The notes under the pieces: generated by a model | Database searches by the model: none | Told to the model about the DNA's origin: nothing | What the model saw: only the letters and a program-made list of their open reading frames with translations | In this document: positions 40,501 to 56,530 of the stretch, piece by piece | Layout of the letters: every line of letters begins with the position of its first letter | Position numbering within the stretch: the first letter of the stretch is position 1 | Translations under genes and position numbers: made by a program | NCBI RefSeq assembly: GCF_964355755.1 | Contig: NC_092672.1 | Location: 3,038,001 to 3,102,000, forward strand | Origin: Antedon mediterranea | Lineage: Eukaryota; Animalia; Echinodermata | Length of the DNA: 64,000 bases | Reading direction: 5' to 3'

Positions 40501-43500
40501 GTTAGGATTCTGGACATCATTTCAACAACAAAAAATATTCAAAATATCCTGCCAGTTCGCATTCAAGACCTGCAACCTGCTTAGTTTTTAATACGAGTAC
40601 TGCTTTCTATACACATAACTTTGATTTCTGCAAAAAAAACAAAACTCTGTAATAATGTACTTTAATTACTGTAATAATCTAGGTATAGATTATGTTGACC
40701 GGGCCAGTGAGAGTGCGATCGACTGTACTACCATAAGTCCTGTAGGTGTATACAACTTATTTCTTGTCTACAAAGTGTATAGTAGTATGCTAATAGTACT
40801 ATTATTAGATTAGGTAGTTGGGAGTAGTTTGGAGAGATACATCTATCTATAAAAGAGTACTGTATATATGGAACTATCTGTGTTAGCCGCCTTTGTATTT
40901 TTAGATATAATACCAATAGGTACTATGTATTGGGAAACAATTCAACAGTTATGAATAAAAAAAGTCCTATGTACTCTGTATGTTGGAGGAAATAAGCATA
41001 AGAGCAAATAAAGCCTTGACCACAGGGTGTAAGTCACTATTTTGAATCAGTAGTATGACTTCTTAAGAAGTAATTTAAAAATTATCATTGTATGATCAAA
41101 AAGAAATATTATAATATCTAACTTTCTCCTTTATATAAATATATTATTTTATCCAAGGGGTTGTAAACACAAGTGTTCACATGTCTTGTTAAGTATTGCA
41201 CCTTTGTCCTGTCTTTATGTTTTCTGTAATGTCACTGCACTAACGGGTGACCGGTAAACGAGCTTCGCTCTTACGGTTATCCATCCATAAGTTGTTCATC
41301 TCTTATGTTCAGAAATTGAAATGGTAAATAAACTGAAACTGAAACTGTGCTTATGTGGTACAAGTTGACGAGCCAGGAATGATGGTAGTGCCAGTATACC
41401 GTGTAGTTTAGCCTCAAGGCAATACCATGTACCGTAGCTGGAGTAGCTTGGACAAATACAGTAGAGATTTATGAGACTTGGTGTGTGATGATTCAGTATG
41501 ATAAATTTGTGCTGTGAAAGACAAAATTGTAGAATTAGGAAGAAAATATTGTAAAATATAACAAGGAAATTATACTATAGTATAATTAAGGGGTAACCGT
41601 ATAATACATAATTAATAGTAATAATGGCAATTACTTATATTATGTATAAATTACAATATTACAAATAAATTCATATATTATTTTATTATAAGGAAATCTG
41701 TTTTAGAATGAGAAAAAGCCGTCCCAACACAGATTTGAACCCAGCTATCAATAAAGCTATAAAACAAAATAGACCATATTGTAGCCGGACTGGGTAGCGT
41801 AGACTTACTTGAGGCCTAGGCATAGTACGATTAGCTAGAAGGATACAGGTCAACCCGTAGTCCGTACCCATGCCATGCCAACACGCTCGTACCCAAATTT
41901 TGGTTTACATATATCCAAAATGTTGGCTTACTCCTACCCATCATGGGCTGCCTAGTAGTAGTAGTAGTAGTAGTAGTAGTAGCCTAGCCTAAGGCAGCAG
42001 GCCCGGCCCTAGCCTACTACAACTTAAGTCTAGGCCTAGCCTAGTAGGCCTCTAGGCCTAGCCTAGGCCCTAGTAGTTAACATCATACATACGCCCTAGA
42101 GCCTAGTAGTAGCTACCTACTACTCACTAGCTAGGCCTAGGTAGTAGCAGTAGTAGTTATTGTAGTAGTATTATTGTACTGTAGTATTAGTTGTAGCTGT
42201 CCGGTGATCCTTGGTCACTTGTCTAGATCCCCTAGTAGGCCTAGGCTAGGCCTAGTACGTAGTTATTCTTCAACAGTCACACAATTCAGATTCTGCCGGC
42301 CGCTGATTGCTAGTGAACAGGGGGAGGGAGAGAAAGAGTTAGAAGAACTGAAATAAGCCGTGACGTATAATAAACATCATACAAAATAATAATATAACTA
42401 ACGAATCCGTATAATATAATAATGTTGTATGTTATAAAGTAAAGTAAATGCGTTTAATATAATACAATTATATTATAATATAATGTATTTTATTAATAAT
42501 ATAATACTAAATGTTCATAATATAATGCTAAAACCAAATAATATAATACAAAAAGTCAATAATTTGTTACATTTTTCACATAATATATTAGAAATAGATA
42601 TAATATAATGCTAAAACCAAGTAATATAATGCAAAACGTATAATTCATTACAATACAATATATAATATAATAAAAAATTGATATAATAATATAATATTTT
42701 GAATACTTCAGACAGCTGAGGCTTGCCATAATTTTGCTCTCAATTGTTAGTTTTTTTAATATTAATAATTGTCTTTTAATTTTTGTTCTTATTATTTTAT
42801 TATTAAAACAGGGCAAGTGGCGACCAGTAATGAAGGGCAAGGAATGTCAAAAGAGGTTAAATCAGAAACAGGTTAGTTGCTTTCAGAATAATAATATTTT
42901 ATACAAAATCCTTTTTGATGTTTAATTCAAATTATAAACCACATGTAGAACCATATAATAATTAGGAAGCTTCATTGTTTTAAAAACAAAATGTTGTTAA
43001 CATCATAAATAAGTAAGATTCGAATTACACACATTATTATTCTTTGAGATCCAATAAGCTTAATTCTAATCCGCATTGCAAAGTTTGTTTACTGAATACA
43101 AATAAAAAAAGGTCAACTAAAAAGTTAGATTTTCAGAGTAAATATTTCTGTTTTATTAGTATTTTATATACACTAAAACTCCAAACGGTACGGCTCTCTG
43201 AAAATTGTTATTGTTCTGTGTGCTGCCCTCTGTTGAGCATATTTCGACAGCGCCTGATGGATTAAAAATTGTATTTTCCGCCCTCTATTCAGATTCAGAT
43301 TAGATAAGATCTTTGATTCAGATAATAATAATAACCATGTTAACACCATTAGTCATGTATTCTTTAACTCTTTTCACGAAATAACAAAGAATAAAATACT
43401 TATATCAATATTATTGCAAACTTGTGTTTCAAACAGCAGCTCCACGGAAATTAATTTAGGATAAATGGCAAGGTTTTAAATTAAATTAATTCGTACACGT

Positions 43501-46500
43501 GCAATATTTCATTTTAAATAAAGCAAATGAAATATTTTCAACTTTAACTTTCATATTAAAAAATGTGAAGACTATAATTTTTTGGTGCAATTTCTATTAT
43601 CTCTGTTTATTTGAAAACATTTTCATTTTTTATAGTACAATTAAATTTTTATTTCACCTACAAAAAAAAAGGAATTAATACACATGCGTGCTACAGACGG
43701 TAATGTCGTAAACCGTTAATGTATAACCTCCAGCTAACTAATGTAGAATGGTCATTATGTAGTAACAAATTGCCTCACAGCTAATGTAGTACTTTACTAT
43801 CGCTAACTAATGTAGAATGGTCATTATAGTAACGAATTGCCTCACAGCTAATGTAGTAGGCCTACTTTACTATCGCTAGCAAATGTAGTATTAAATATTA
43901 TATATTTTACAAAACCATTAATGCATTAAAAACATGAGATGAGTAGTAGTAATTAGTACGGTCTTTATTTAAATGTATATTTAATTTCACTTTCTATGGA
44001 CCAGAGACTCCGAAATAAAAGATTGAATAAATAATAAAATCACATCGTCTTAAGTTTAATTTTACTCATTTAATTATAATTAATTTTAAAATAAAATGTC
44101 TTCATAAAATAATTGATGAGATTTTGTAAACAAAATTGAAAAATAGTAATTCACCATAATATTTCATGTACTGTAGTTACAACCATCTTTGTTCAAAACA
44201 TTGTTTAAAGTTTCTGATTAATGATAATTTTCTGTTTGCCGCCTTCTATAATCCCTTTATTTTCATAGATACAGCATTAATTAAGACCTATAAATGCACA
44301 AAAAAATGTGATTAAAACGTAGAGAATTGTGAATTCAGTTTCAATCATAAAAATCTTAAGCAACAAATAGCCTTTTAACCTAATAACATACATATGGTAT
44401 TTAAAAATATCAACATGTCACACCCTGGGTCGTGTATCCTACTCTTAACGATAAAAGAATAAAATACGTAAAATCAATTTTTTGTATTGCAAACGTGTGT
44501 TTACAACAGCAGCTCCACGATAATTACCAGTTAATTTAGGATAAATAGCAAGGTTTAAATTAAATTAATTCGAACACAAGTGCAATATTTCAATTTTGAA
44601 TAAAGCAAAAAAATGTATTTACAATTTTAACTTTTCCTATTGAAATTAAATGTCAAAACTATCACTTTTAACTCAATTTCTATTATATCTGTTATTTGTT
44701 ATTGCTTTCGTATTAAGAACAAAAGTTGTACTGAGATGCCTGAAAAATCTTTAATTTGTTTTACTACTGTACAACTCATTTTTTATTTCAACTACAAAAA
44801 AAAAAAAAATTAATATATGCGTGTTACAACGCTAATGTCGTAAACAGTGAAATATCAGCTTTAGTAAAAACCTCCAGCTAGCTACTAATATTGAAACATC
44901 AACAGCTTATGTAGTAAATAAAAAAAAAAAAAACAACATCTACTGTAGTTATTGGAGTAACAAAATTTCCTCATAGCTAATGTAGTTGCTATGGAGACAG
45001 CTGGAGGTTTTAGCATAAGCTGTGTATTGCTCTACATTAAACGGTTGTTACGATTTGCTGGCGACCACCAGTTGTTTAATCATGGAGGTACAGTATAAAA
45101 TAATAATAATATTTTATACCTCCATGATTTAACCGAGTTTTATTTCTGATTGATAATAAATTGTGTTTGTCGCCCTCTATATTATTTACTTGGTTTACTA
45201 CTTCGGCGCGGCTCCAGCACTTCTTATTGTATTACAATACTAGAAATTACAAGGCCCTTATTAAATAAAATAAATTTATTTTACTAAAATATTGTTTTTG
45301 CCATTTTTCTTCTCATCTAGACAAGATTGAAGAATATCTGCTTCAAAGACAAAAGAAATTGTGCAGCCAGGCCAGTAGATTTACACCAGCAACAATGCGT
45401 GATAGATACAATGTTGACATTTCACAGATGTTCACGGATTTGGAACTACGCAAAGAAGCTAAAAATAATAAAGGCTGCAAACCAACAACATTAACAGAAG
45501 TGATAGATGTTATCAGTTCCAAACCTGGATGTAGAGCTCTTATTGATGGGGAGGGTGGGATAGGTAAAACTACCATATTAAGGCATTTAGCATACAATTG
45601 GGCTACGGCTACTCAATCAATTAAATCATTTAAAGGTAAAATTGTATTTCTTTTAAGTTTACGGGATTTAGATAAAGATGAAGACATCATTGATTTAGTT
45701 GTAAAGCAAATTGATATGAAAGAGTTTAGCAGGCACACAAAACTTCCACGAAATTCAGAGTTAATTCAAGATTTTCTAATAACCAATGCCGATAAATTGG
45801 TATTTTTCTTAGACGGATTAGACGAATTGCGATTTAATAATCAAAGCGTAATTCGTCTTTTCAAAAAGACCAACCTAGAAGAAAGTACCGTGATACTTAC
45901 TTCACGATCAGAAAACATAGACAAATTCGTAAAAGAGAGTAACGTACATGTAAGAGTTAATGGATTTAATAACAAGAGCATAGGAAAGTATATTGACAAA
46001 CATTTTGAGTATTTTGAAAAACCAGAATTGGAAAAATCCCTTAAAAAGGAATTAGATATTGACACGCATCTTGAAACAGTTAGGCCTACGTGGATGATGC
46101 AGCGTATTAGAATGCGTCGCTTAAGCGAGGGAGAGCGAAAACATCCTGAAGCGTATGCAATGTGCAAAAACCCGATGCTACTTCTTTCACTCTGTATATT
46201 GTGGGAAGATCATCAAAGTCTCCCCGAAGATAAAACTGACCTCTTCAAAGAACTCTTTCGTAGTATTTTGAATCAGTTCAATAAACGAGAAAACATAACA
46301 AAGATTTCTGAATTTGAAAAAACACCAGTGAAGTATGTAAATGCTATGATTTTATTAGGGAAATGTATGTATGATAGCTTAAAAGTAAACCAACTTTCAA
46401 TAAACAAAACGGATTTGACTAAACATTCGAACAAAGCTATGGTTGATACGGCCTTAAAACTCGGGTTCGTTTATGAAGACGCACAAATTTCAAAATCAAA

Positions 46501-47329
46501 TTTTGATAACATTTTTATGCCTCCTCACAAATTGATAGTAGAGTCATTGGTGGGATTTTACTTGTGCAAATTATGTGAAAGTGAAGGTATGGAGAATGAG
46601 TGCTCAGATGTACGAACATTACTTACACCATTGGATGATGATGAGTGGGAGGTGATACGAGAGAGTAAGCATTTATACAGAGCGAGAGAGTTTGCAATTG
46701 GTTTCCTTGGTGATAAAGCTGGCGGTTTCCTCAAGCACTGGGTTACAAATAGTTTGTCAACATATCGCTATCTGCCGAGAAATTTTAACTTTGTTAAAAA
46801 ACAACATAAAGATACTGTGGTAAATGAATTAATTAATCACATGACAAGCAAAGATTTAGAAATAAATAATCATTTGGATGATATATCTACCTCCATAAGA
46901 ATGTTTATTGATTACATTAGTCCACGTGTACAATGTGACGGGCATTTCATACGTCTAATTATGCAATTGTATTGTATGCAATATGATTGGCATAGTGCCA
47001 GTGTCTTTTGTAGTAAGATGGCATTGGAGCGAAAGGGAAGAGTTATTGCACACATTTTAGGCATTCAAGATAAATGTGACGATGTTGTGATTCTGAATCT
47101 ATCACGTGATGTATTTCATGACTTTGTATCAGAATGTTCTCACAAACAAGTTCAATTAGCATTACGTGATCTCCATATCTCTCGTAGTAACCTTCACAAC
47201 CTTGATGTTAATTCATTGTCTTCATTACTCATTATGTGTCCTAAGCTGGAATACCTTGACATGAGGGATTGCATTCTATCAGCTGACGACATTCGTCACG
47301 TGTCTGAAAAGTGTTCATTTTTTCATTAG
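34553..47329 (+). CDS. NLR1: tandem death-effector-like domains, two linker micro-exons, NACHT and ~2 LRRs, 882 aa
   Basis: Exons 34553-34562, 34657-35163, 35346-35408, 42812-42871, 45321-47329, all joined in phase 1, 2649 nt in frame. Walker A GEGGIGKTT, Walker B FFLDGLDEL, VILTSR, CKNPMLL, F..PHKLIVE; LRR-like LRDLHISRSNL and LEYLDMRDCIL. Confidence 0.85.
35441..42730. mobile_element. 7.29-kb foldback element: ~3.55-kb inverted arms, ~183-bp spacer, no ORF
   Basis: TATGGCAAGCCTCAGCTGTC... / ...GACAGCTGAGGCTTGCCATA; arms 35441-38998 and 39182-42730; ATTTTG direct repeats at 35435-35440 and 42731-42736; empty site ATAATTTTGCTCTCAAT in paralogous introns at ~60043 and ~61403. Confidence 0.95.
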
Positions 47330-48364
47330 TTAGTTTTCACTGATAACGTATGTTACTTCTACTATATAACAAACACATTTTTAAATCTCGCAGCAAGCAG
47401 GTGTCAATTTTCAATATCGCAAATAATTGCAATTCTAACATTAAATTTGTATTCAATATAAAAACGACCTTTTATGTATAAATCGTATAGTAGATTAAAT
47501 CAATATGATAATCTAAAACAATAGCTTTTATAAAATGTTTTTAAACATTTTATTTTGCCATCATACTTACCTTCATCGACGGAGCGCGCGCGCGTACTTC
47601 CGCACGCGGCACACTAGCAACGCAAGTAATAATTATTAACAGCTGTAGCATGTAGATAAACAAGAATGTTTGTTTCTTATTCATTATAATCTTTATAAGC
47701 TGTGCTGCCATATTTAATGAAAATGATTCTTCTTAAAAAAAAAAAAAAAAGGAAAATGATTCTTTTATAATAATGCAATGTTTTTTACTTCATATATTGT
47801 ATAGAATTGGTTGTGCGTGTTTTAAAGTAATTATGTGATAATATTATATTAAATGTAATTAATACAACTCTTTATAATTAGGTTGGATGGTTAAATACTA
47901 AAAGTAAAGTGGTACAACTTGAAACTACAAAACATAACATTAACATAATGATGAAACGTTAAAAAAAAAGCAAAGCAGTTTTATTAAATGAAAACGTAAT
48001 TAGAAATTATATTAACAAATAAACACATTATGAGATGTCTTTGGCACAGTAACAACAACAGAACGAAGTTGTAGTAGAATTTGTAAAACTAAAAATGACA
48101 AAAATCAAAGAATGAAGACATTATATAATGTAGTTTGATATCAATGAATTTTGCATTTAGTTTCATTGGTGTGTTTTTAAATATATTTTTTCATGTAGAA
48201 ACATTTTTTCTATATGATGTAGAAATAGTGAAATATAATTCTGTATAAAATAAATTTAAAGTTGATAAGTTATGGATTACCATTTTTGTTATCACTATTT
48301 GTATTATATTAAAAGTTCTACATAAGATATATTTGTGTACAGTCTTTGATTTTCTTTATGTTGT

Positions 48365-48537
48365 AAACCTAAACACTGTGCTGACTTGTAATAACACTTG
48401 TTGCTAACAATAGTTTAAACCTGAACACTGTGCAGACTTGTACTAACACTTGGTGTTAACAATAGTTTAAACCTGAACACTGTGCTGACTTGTCATAACA
48501 CTTGGTGTTAACAATAGTTTAAACCTGAACACTGTGC
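48365..48537. repeat. 52-bp tandem repeat (~3.3 copies)
   Basis: AAACCTGAACACTGTG at 48365, 48417, 48469 and 48521. Confidence 0.9.
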
Positions 48538-48571
48538 AGTGCCGAAAACAACAGTAACTACTTGCATAGAA

Positions 48572-50325
<1,754 letters not shown>

Positions 50326-51059
50326 TGAGGTCACCTACGTTAATTAGGCCTAGTAGTAGACTCTAAACTAGATACTTCCCTCCTCCGACTCTCCAGAGTT
50401 GTTGTTTGTGGGCTAGGGGAGAAAAGAGTGGTACATAACATACACCGAATGCCGGTACACCCTGCTGGCTGGCTGTGTGTGATATTATTGTCACGTTAGT
50501 TAGGTGCCAGGCAGGCACCAGTAGGCCTAGCGTAATACCAAAACAGAAAAAAACTATAAACACCCAGCTTACCTAAGTTTTGTGTCTCTTAGAAGAACAG
50601 GTTAGGCCTACACCTTTTATATTATTCATAAAGGCCGCGCTGTGTGAATTGATACCAAAACCATACCCACCTCCTGCTCTCTACTCCAAACCAAAGAGCG
50701 CCTTCAACGGACAATGAGACCGTACCACCAGTTTTTGAAAAATAATTTATTTTATCAATTTAATTTTTCATCACTATGTCGATGTCAAAATATAACCAAA
50801 TTCGGTTTTTTTTTCTACCCAGAATTTAAATACAATACAACAATAATTGTTTTGTAATAATTGTCGGCGCAGTGACGATGCGATAATGCTGAGTCATCAT
50901 GAGGACGGTGCAAAGATGCCAGTTTTAGCATAAAAACAATATAGCAAAAATATGTAAAAGGTATAAAATGATGAATGCCGACTTGACAAAGGAAGAAAAT
51001 GGAAGAAGAATATGAGAATTGTTTGAAGGTTTTCATGACAAAATCAAAGAATCAGCGCA

Positions 51060-52280
51060 CTTTGATAAATTATTAAAATAAAAACAAATTGTGTCACGAA
51101 TAAAATTCGGAACTACTGTATTTACGGCCATTGGTTTGTTATACACTATTTCTTTACTTCAATTTATAAAATTAAAGCAATAGTACAGTGGATATAGAAC
51201 TTTGACTTTACTTTTGACTGGAAAATAAAAGACGCTAAAGAAAAATTGTGCTGTGTAAATTAGATGATGCGCGCAAACACATAACGGAAGTATAAAAATG
51301 CCAAACTATATTATTTTGGGTGTTTTTCGTTGAGATAAAAAAAAAGTGGACAAAAAAAAATCGAATGAAAAAAACATTGATGCGGAAACACGAATTAAGT
51401 TTATTCATTAACATTTTTATTTTTATTTCACTGGTTTTGATATTTTGCAATTTTTTTGTATGGGAGATTTGTTACGTACTTGCTACTTTTGTAATTAAAG
51501 TGTGGTCTACCAGAAACCTGTGCTCAGCACGGTTTGTCTACCTTAATAATAATTCACATGGCATGATTATTAAGTATAATAAAAGCGTACTTTTCCCGGC
51601 CACGATATTTCTTTTCTTACATAATTTGGGGACCCCTCATGAGACGTCACAAAATTAACATGAATATTCATTAATCATTTTTCCTAAGCTACGTTAGAAA
51701 TGAGCTAACAATTCGCTAATACAAAGGTTTTCTGTCGGACTTGTCGATGTATGGGGTTCGAATCCAATGAGCAAGTTCCTTTTACTGTATAGTGAGAGTA
51801 AGATTATAGAGGGTTAGATTTAGTTATACTGTATTTATGAACTTAAGTAGTTTGGCTATCTTTTAAGGGGCCCCAACTTCTGTACGAAATAAAAAAATCG
51901 CTTCCCGGCCTCTGAAAAATTGTTTTTTTTTTTTTAAATTGTCAACTATACAATTCGGAACTATTTACGGCCATTGATTTTGTTATACACGGAGTATTCC
52001 TTTACTTTGAAGTATGTAAGCTACAAAATGAAAGCAATGAGCGGGACAGACTTCTGTCAATCAGTCAGATTAAAACATTTTAATAATGAAGAAGACATTA
52101 AGATATGAAGTATTGGAATAATAACAATGATTACGGACTCAACACCAAAAGTAGTCGAAATTAGATGATGCGTTCGAACACAAACATTTTGGGTGTATTT
52201 TTCGTTGATATTTGATATTTAGCGGAAACATGACACTCATTTTGGATTCGTTTTGTGTGTTTTTTCATGGTTTTTTATAT
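51060..52280. repeat. Diverged local direct duplication (~51100-51440 vs ~51950-52280)
   Basis: Shared blocks AATTCGGAACTA..TTTACGGCCATTG, AAATTAGATGATGCG and GCGGAAACA. Confidence 0.7.
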
Positions 52281-52330
52281 TCCCCTCACCGAAACTTAAA
52301 ATGCTAAATAGCTAAAAAATGAAACATAAC

Positions 52331-53270
52331 ATTCATGCTATTATAAGTTGCATAGTGCAATAGACATATATACATATCTAGAACAAATATTGATATATTA
52401 TAAATATTTAAGAACTGTTGATTTTTATTTACAATTTAGAATGCATAATTATATTCTAAAAATTCATGATAATTACAAAAATATAGCGTAATATATGGAG
52501 GAAGTAAAGCAACCATTTGCGGTAAGATATTGGAACAGTAAATTTGAAATTTCAAGACGATGCAAAACTTGCTGTACTAATGTTTATCAAACAATATGTA
52601 AATAATCGATTTATCAACTCCAGATGTTTAATAAAAAAATAGACAGAATTTTTTTGATTTTTGGATATTTGTATGTATTAGTTACGGACCAAACATTTTA
52701 ATATAAAATACATTGAAAGACATTTAAAATGTTTTATCGGGGTGTTGCATGATATATGTAACATGAATTTATAGCTATACTCTAGATTCTAATTAATACC
52801 TCTCTATGTTGCATGATGATATATGTAACGTGAATTTTGATAAGCAGCAGCTATACTAAATTCTAATTATTATCTGTCTCTCTGGTTTTTAGAATTGATG
52901 GGAGTTTACATAAAATGGTCCAATAGAAATCAGGGAATACCATTTTGAGAGAGTTGATTCTGTATATAGTATATTATTATGTTTGGTTTGTTTATGATCT
53001 CATAAGTTGAGAACCTATGTCTGTTTCTATAGCAACTAAAAATGCATTATCTCTATGGAAATAAACCATGATGTGTACAAACCTCTTAACCGAATCACAG
53101 TGTACCACCGATATGTACATTTTTGCTCATTGATAATTCTGTTTTTATAGTTCATTTTGATACATATCTACTTCTTTCTTTCTGAAATAAAGATACTTAA
53201 AAATAAGTTGTTCATTTGGATTTTTATTATCTCTTTATATCATCTACAGTACAGTATATAAATCACATAT
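52331..53270 (+). repeat. Second copy of the GOLGA3 3' UTR end
   Basis: Direct homology to 30741-31580. Confidence 0.92.
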
Positions 53271-53934
53271 ATCGATTCGGCCCAGGACTACTCGGCCCAC
53301 TTTTAGTGGATATAAAATTATGTAGAAATAATAAGTAGTTTAAAATATGTCTCTCAAATAACAATATGTTCATAGTTTAAAAATGAAAATAGCCAAAATT
53401 ATCTTGATTTTTATATGCAAGTTGCAAAATAAATCAATACAGCCGAATCGTCCCACATTCAGACAAAAGATTAGTAGTATATTGGTAGTATATCATCATA
53501 TAATAATCGGAAAATGTCTTCAGTATTTTTGAATGTCCAACTTTCTCATTTTAATTGAAAGTTGTTTATTATTTTTTTAATAAACATTGAATTATTGTCT
53601 TCTATTTATATATATTGTTAATGTCGATCAACCTGGTCATCGTTATTTTCTACTATAAATTTATAGTACAGTAGCCTAGGCTATCTCTCATTAATTGAGA
53701 GATTTTTATTTTTTTAATTATTACGGTACTGTAATTCCTGAGTTTAACCAGGGAGTTGTCAAATATATATTGATATTATACATTTAAATCGAGGATCATG
53801 TGTGTTTTCGTTATATTCACTACATGCACGAGTTTTTATGGTAAAATCGAACAGAATTTAAAAGGACCAAATTTTAATTTCAAATGTTCAAATTTCGATA
53901 TTTTCATCATAAAATTATTATGCAGTACGGTACT

Positions 53935-54530
53935 ATATTGATGATAACCCAAGCGTGACGCACAGTATGTCAGTACTATATTGATGATAACCCAAGAGTG
54001 ACGTACAGTAATATGTTATACTCATGTTGATGATAACCCAAGAGTGACGCACAGTAATATGTTATACTCATGTTGATGATAACCCAAGAGTGACGCACAG
54101 TAATATGTTATACTCATGTTGATGATGACCCAAGAGTGACGCACCGTAATATGTTATACTCATGTTGATGATGACCCAAGAGTGACGCACAGTAATATGT
54201 TATACTCATGTTGATGATGACCCACGAGTGACGCACAGTAATGTGTTATACTCATGTTGATGATGACCCAAGAGTGACGCACAGTAATATGTTATACTCA
54301 TGTTGATGATGACCCAAGAGTGACGCACAGTAATATGTTATACTCATGTTGATGATGACCCAAGAGTGACGCACAGTAATATGTTATACTCATGTTGATG
54401 ATAACTCAAGAGTGACGCACAGTAATATGTTACACCATGGAGAAATCAGTCCTAACTGATTTCTCCATGGTTATACTCATGTTGATGACCCAAGAGTGAC
54501 GCACAGTAATATGTTATGCGCATGTTGATG
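53935..54530. repeat. 46-bp minisatellite (~12 copies); one unit carries a 36-bp hairpin insertion
   Basis: Unit CATGTTGATGATGACCCAAGAGTGACGCACAGTAATATGTTATACT. Confidence 0.95.
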
Positions 54531-56296
54531 CAATCATGTTACCATTAATAAACAATTTAATTAAACCTAATAAATTATTTTAAAATGTTTTAATCATAAT
54601 CATAATGTTCAGTATTGTTATATTGTCAATCTTGTATAAATAAATGCTCTTGAAAAATCTTTAAAAACTTCAGCTTCAATTAATTTAAACAAAAATACAA
54701 CATTTTGTATGCGGAAACATAATAAAATATAAAATGATTGACACTCGAACTAAAAGGTAAGTATTTTGTTTATGGAGGATCGAGAGTCAAATCAGATGCC
54801 AAATATAACGTATTGTGATATTCAAAAATCAATAGGCATGAGAAGAAACAAAACTGCTATAATAATTATTAATTTTTTCGCGTGGTAATTTTATTTGTTT
54901 TCGCGTGTTATATTATTTCGCGTTATTTTTCGTGTGGAATCTATTCCATCGATACAAAATCAATTGTTCTAGGTAGTGTTAAGAAAGGGGTGGATTCAAA
55001 CATATTCATTATCACTGTTCGCTAGTATTAAACCAACATGGGTATTAGCGCACATTGGTATCAGGAGATCTAATTTTTTTTTTACATCTCCCTGGTGGTA
55101 CTAAAACTTCTCACTGATTTTAATTGTATCCTATTCATGATATGTATTATAGGGCTTACCATTTCAGAAGGAAATTTTAAGTATTTTTCTAAAATAGTTT
55201 CTGTAGAATTTTGAGTGAATAAGTATAGACTTAGTATAGTAACCCTATTGTGCTTCTACAGAAAGACCTGCACTAGACTGTGGAACAGCTTTTGTGACGT
55301 CACGGCCAAAGTCAATAGCGGCATGTAATCGTGATATTAAAGTTGACCTCAAAGGGAGTGATGCGCATTTGTTGCTACGAAATGAATATTGGAATATTGA
55401 AATGAATATTGATAGTTCTTTTTGCAATTTACACATTTGTATAATCTGTATAAATTGCCCTTTTTAATATTACACATTTGTATAAGTGTGTGTAGGTACA
55501 ATGCATATCAGAAAAAGTAGTATTATCTGCAATCACAAATTGCCCTTTTAATATTACAAGTTTTAGTTTTAGTAAGTACCATGTAATTGTATTGATGTTT
55601 ATTTAATAATCTTTAATTGTAATTTGTAAGATAATTTATTTCAGCTTTTGGCTGCCACTGTATTTTAAATATTATTCAAAAAGAGTCTAGGTAATTTTCT
55701 AAAAATACTTTCTAGGGATTTTTGAATGGAATAATTATAGACGTCGTACGACGACGATATAATCGTGTACATTGTGTTTCAACAGAAAGACGGTTGGACC
55801 GTGGAAAAGTTTTTGTGACGTCACGACCAAAGTCAATATAGCATACATATACGTGGATTATGAATAATAATAATACACAGTATAAGTTGACGTCAAAGGG
55901 AGTGGCGCAGTTGCTGCTACAAATCGTCACATTTGACTGTATCGGTATATTGATAGTCCAGATACGAGATCCAGTTACAGTACAGTTTTAAGCCAATTGT
56001 AAGTTTACAATATTTCATTAATATAGTCTAATTTATTTGCAAAACAATAATATGAGAATATAGGCATAATTCTGATAATATGCTTCCATGTGTGGGTTGT
56101 GGTATATGTCTTGTTAATATCACTCACTGAACGTACTATTCTTGTGCCACACATAATCGTCAACAAACAGCGAGTTTGCAAAGAATTCCATCACAACAAA
56201 CAATATATCATATTATAAGATAATTATAATACTTATGTATCTTTTTTATATTTAAGTACGGTCCTATACAAGGCTAACATTCAATCTCATTTTTCC

Positions 56297-56530
56297 AGTG
56301 ATTGCCGAACCTGATCATAATCCTCGGGTGATTGCCGAACCTGATCATAATCCTCGGGTGATTGCCGAACCTGATCATAATCCTCGGCTGATTGTCGAAC
56401 CTGATCATTCGGCTGATTGCTGAACCTGATCATAATCCTCGGGTGATTACCGAACCTGATCATAATCCTCGGGTGATTGCCGAACCTGATCATAATCCTC
56501 GGCTGATTACCGAACCTGATCATAATCATA
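56297..56530. repeat. 30-bp minisatellite (GTGATTGCCGAACCTGATCATAATCCTCGG, ~8 copies)
   Basis: Visible period of 30. Confidence 0.95.

Noticed and set aside
35814-42356. Mirror-image short ORFs in the foldback arms as transposase genes
   Set aside because: 60-93 aa, no DDE or other recognisable motif; duplicated only because of the palindrome.
35441-42730. Palindrome as an assembly fold-back artefact, or as a Polinton
   Set aside because: The target-site duplication, paralogous empty sites and arm-specific indels argue for a real insertion. It lacks the AG..CT termini and the coding capacity of a Polinton.
53935-54530. 46-bp repeat array as a CRISPR array
   Set aside because: Units are contiguous with no unique spacers; eukaryotic context with no cas genes. 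The one interruption is a hairpin insertion.
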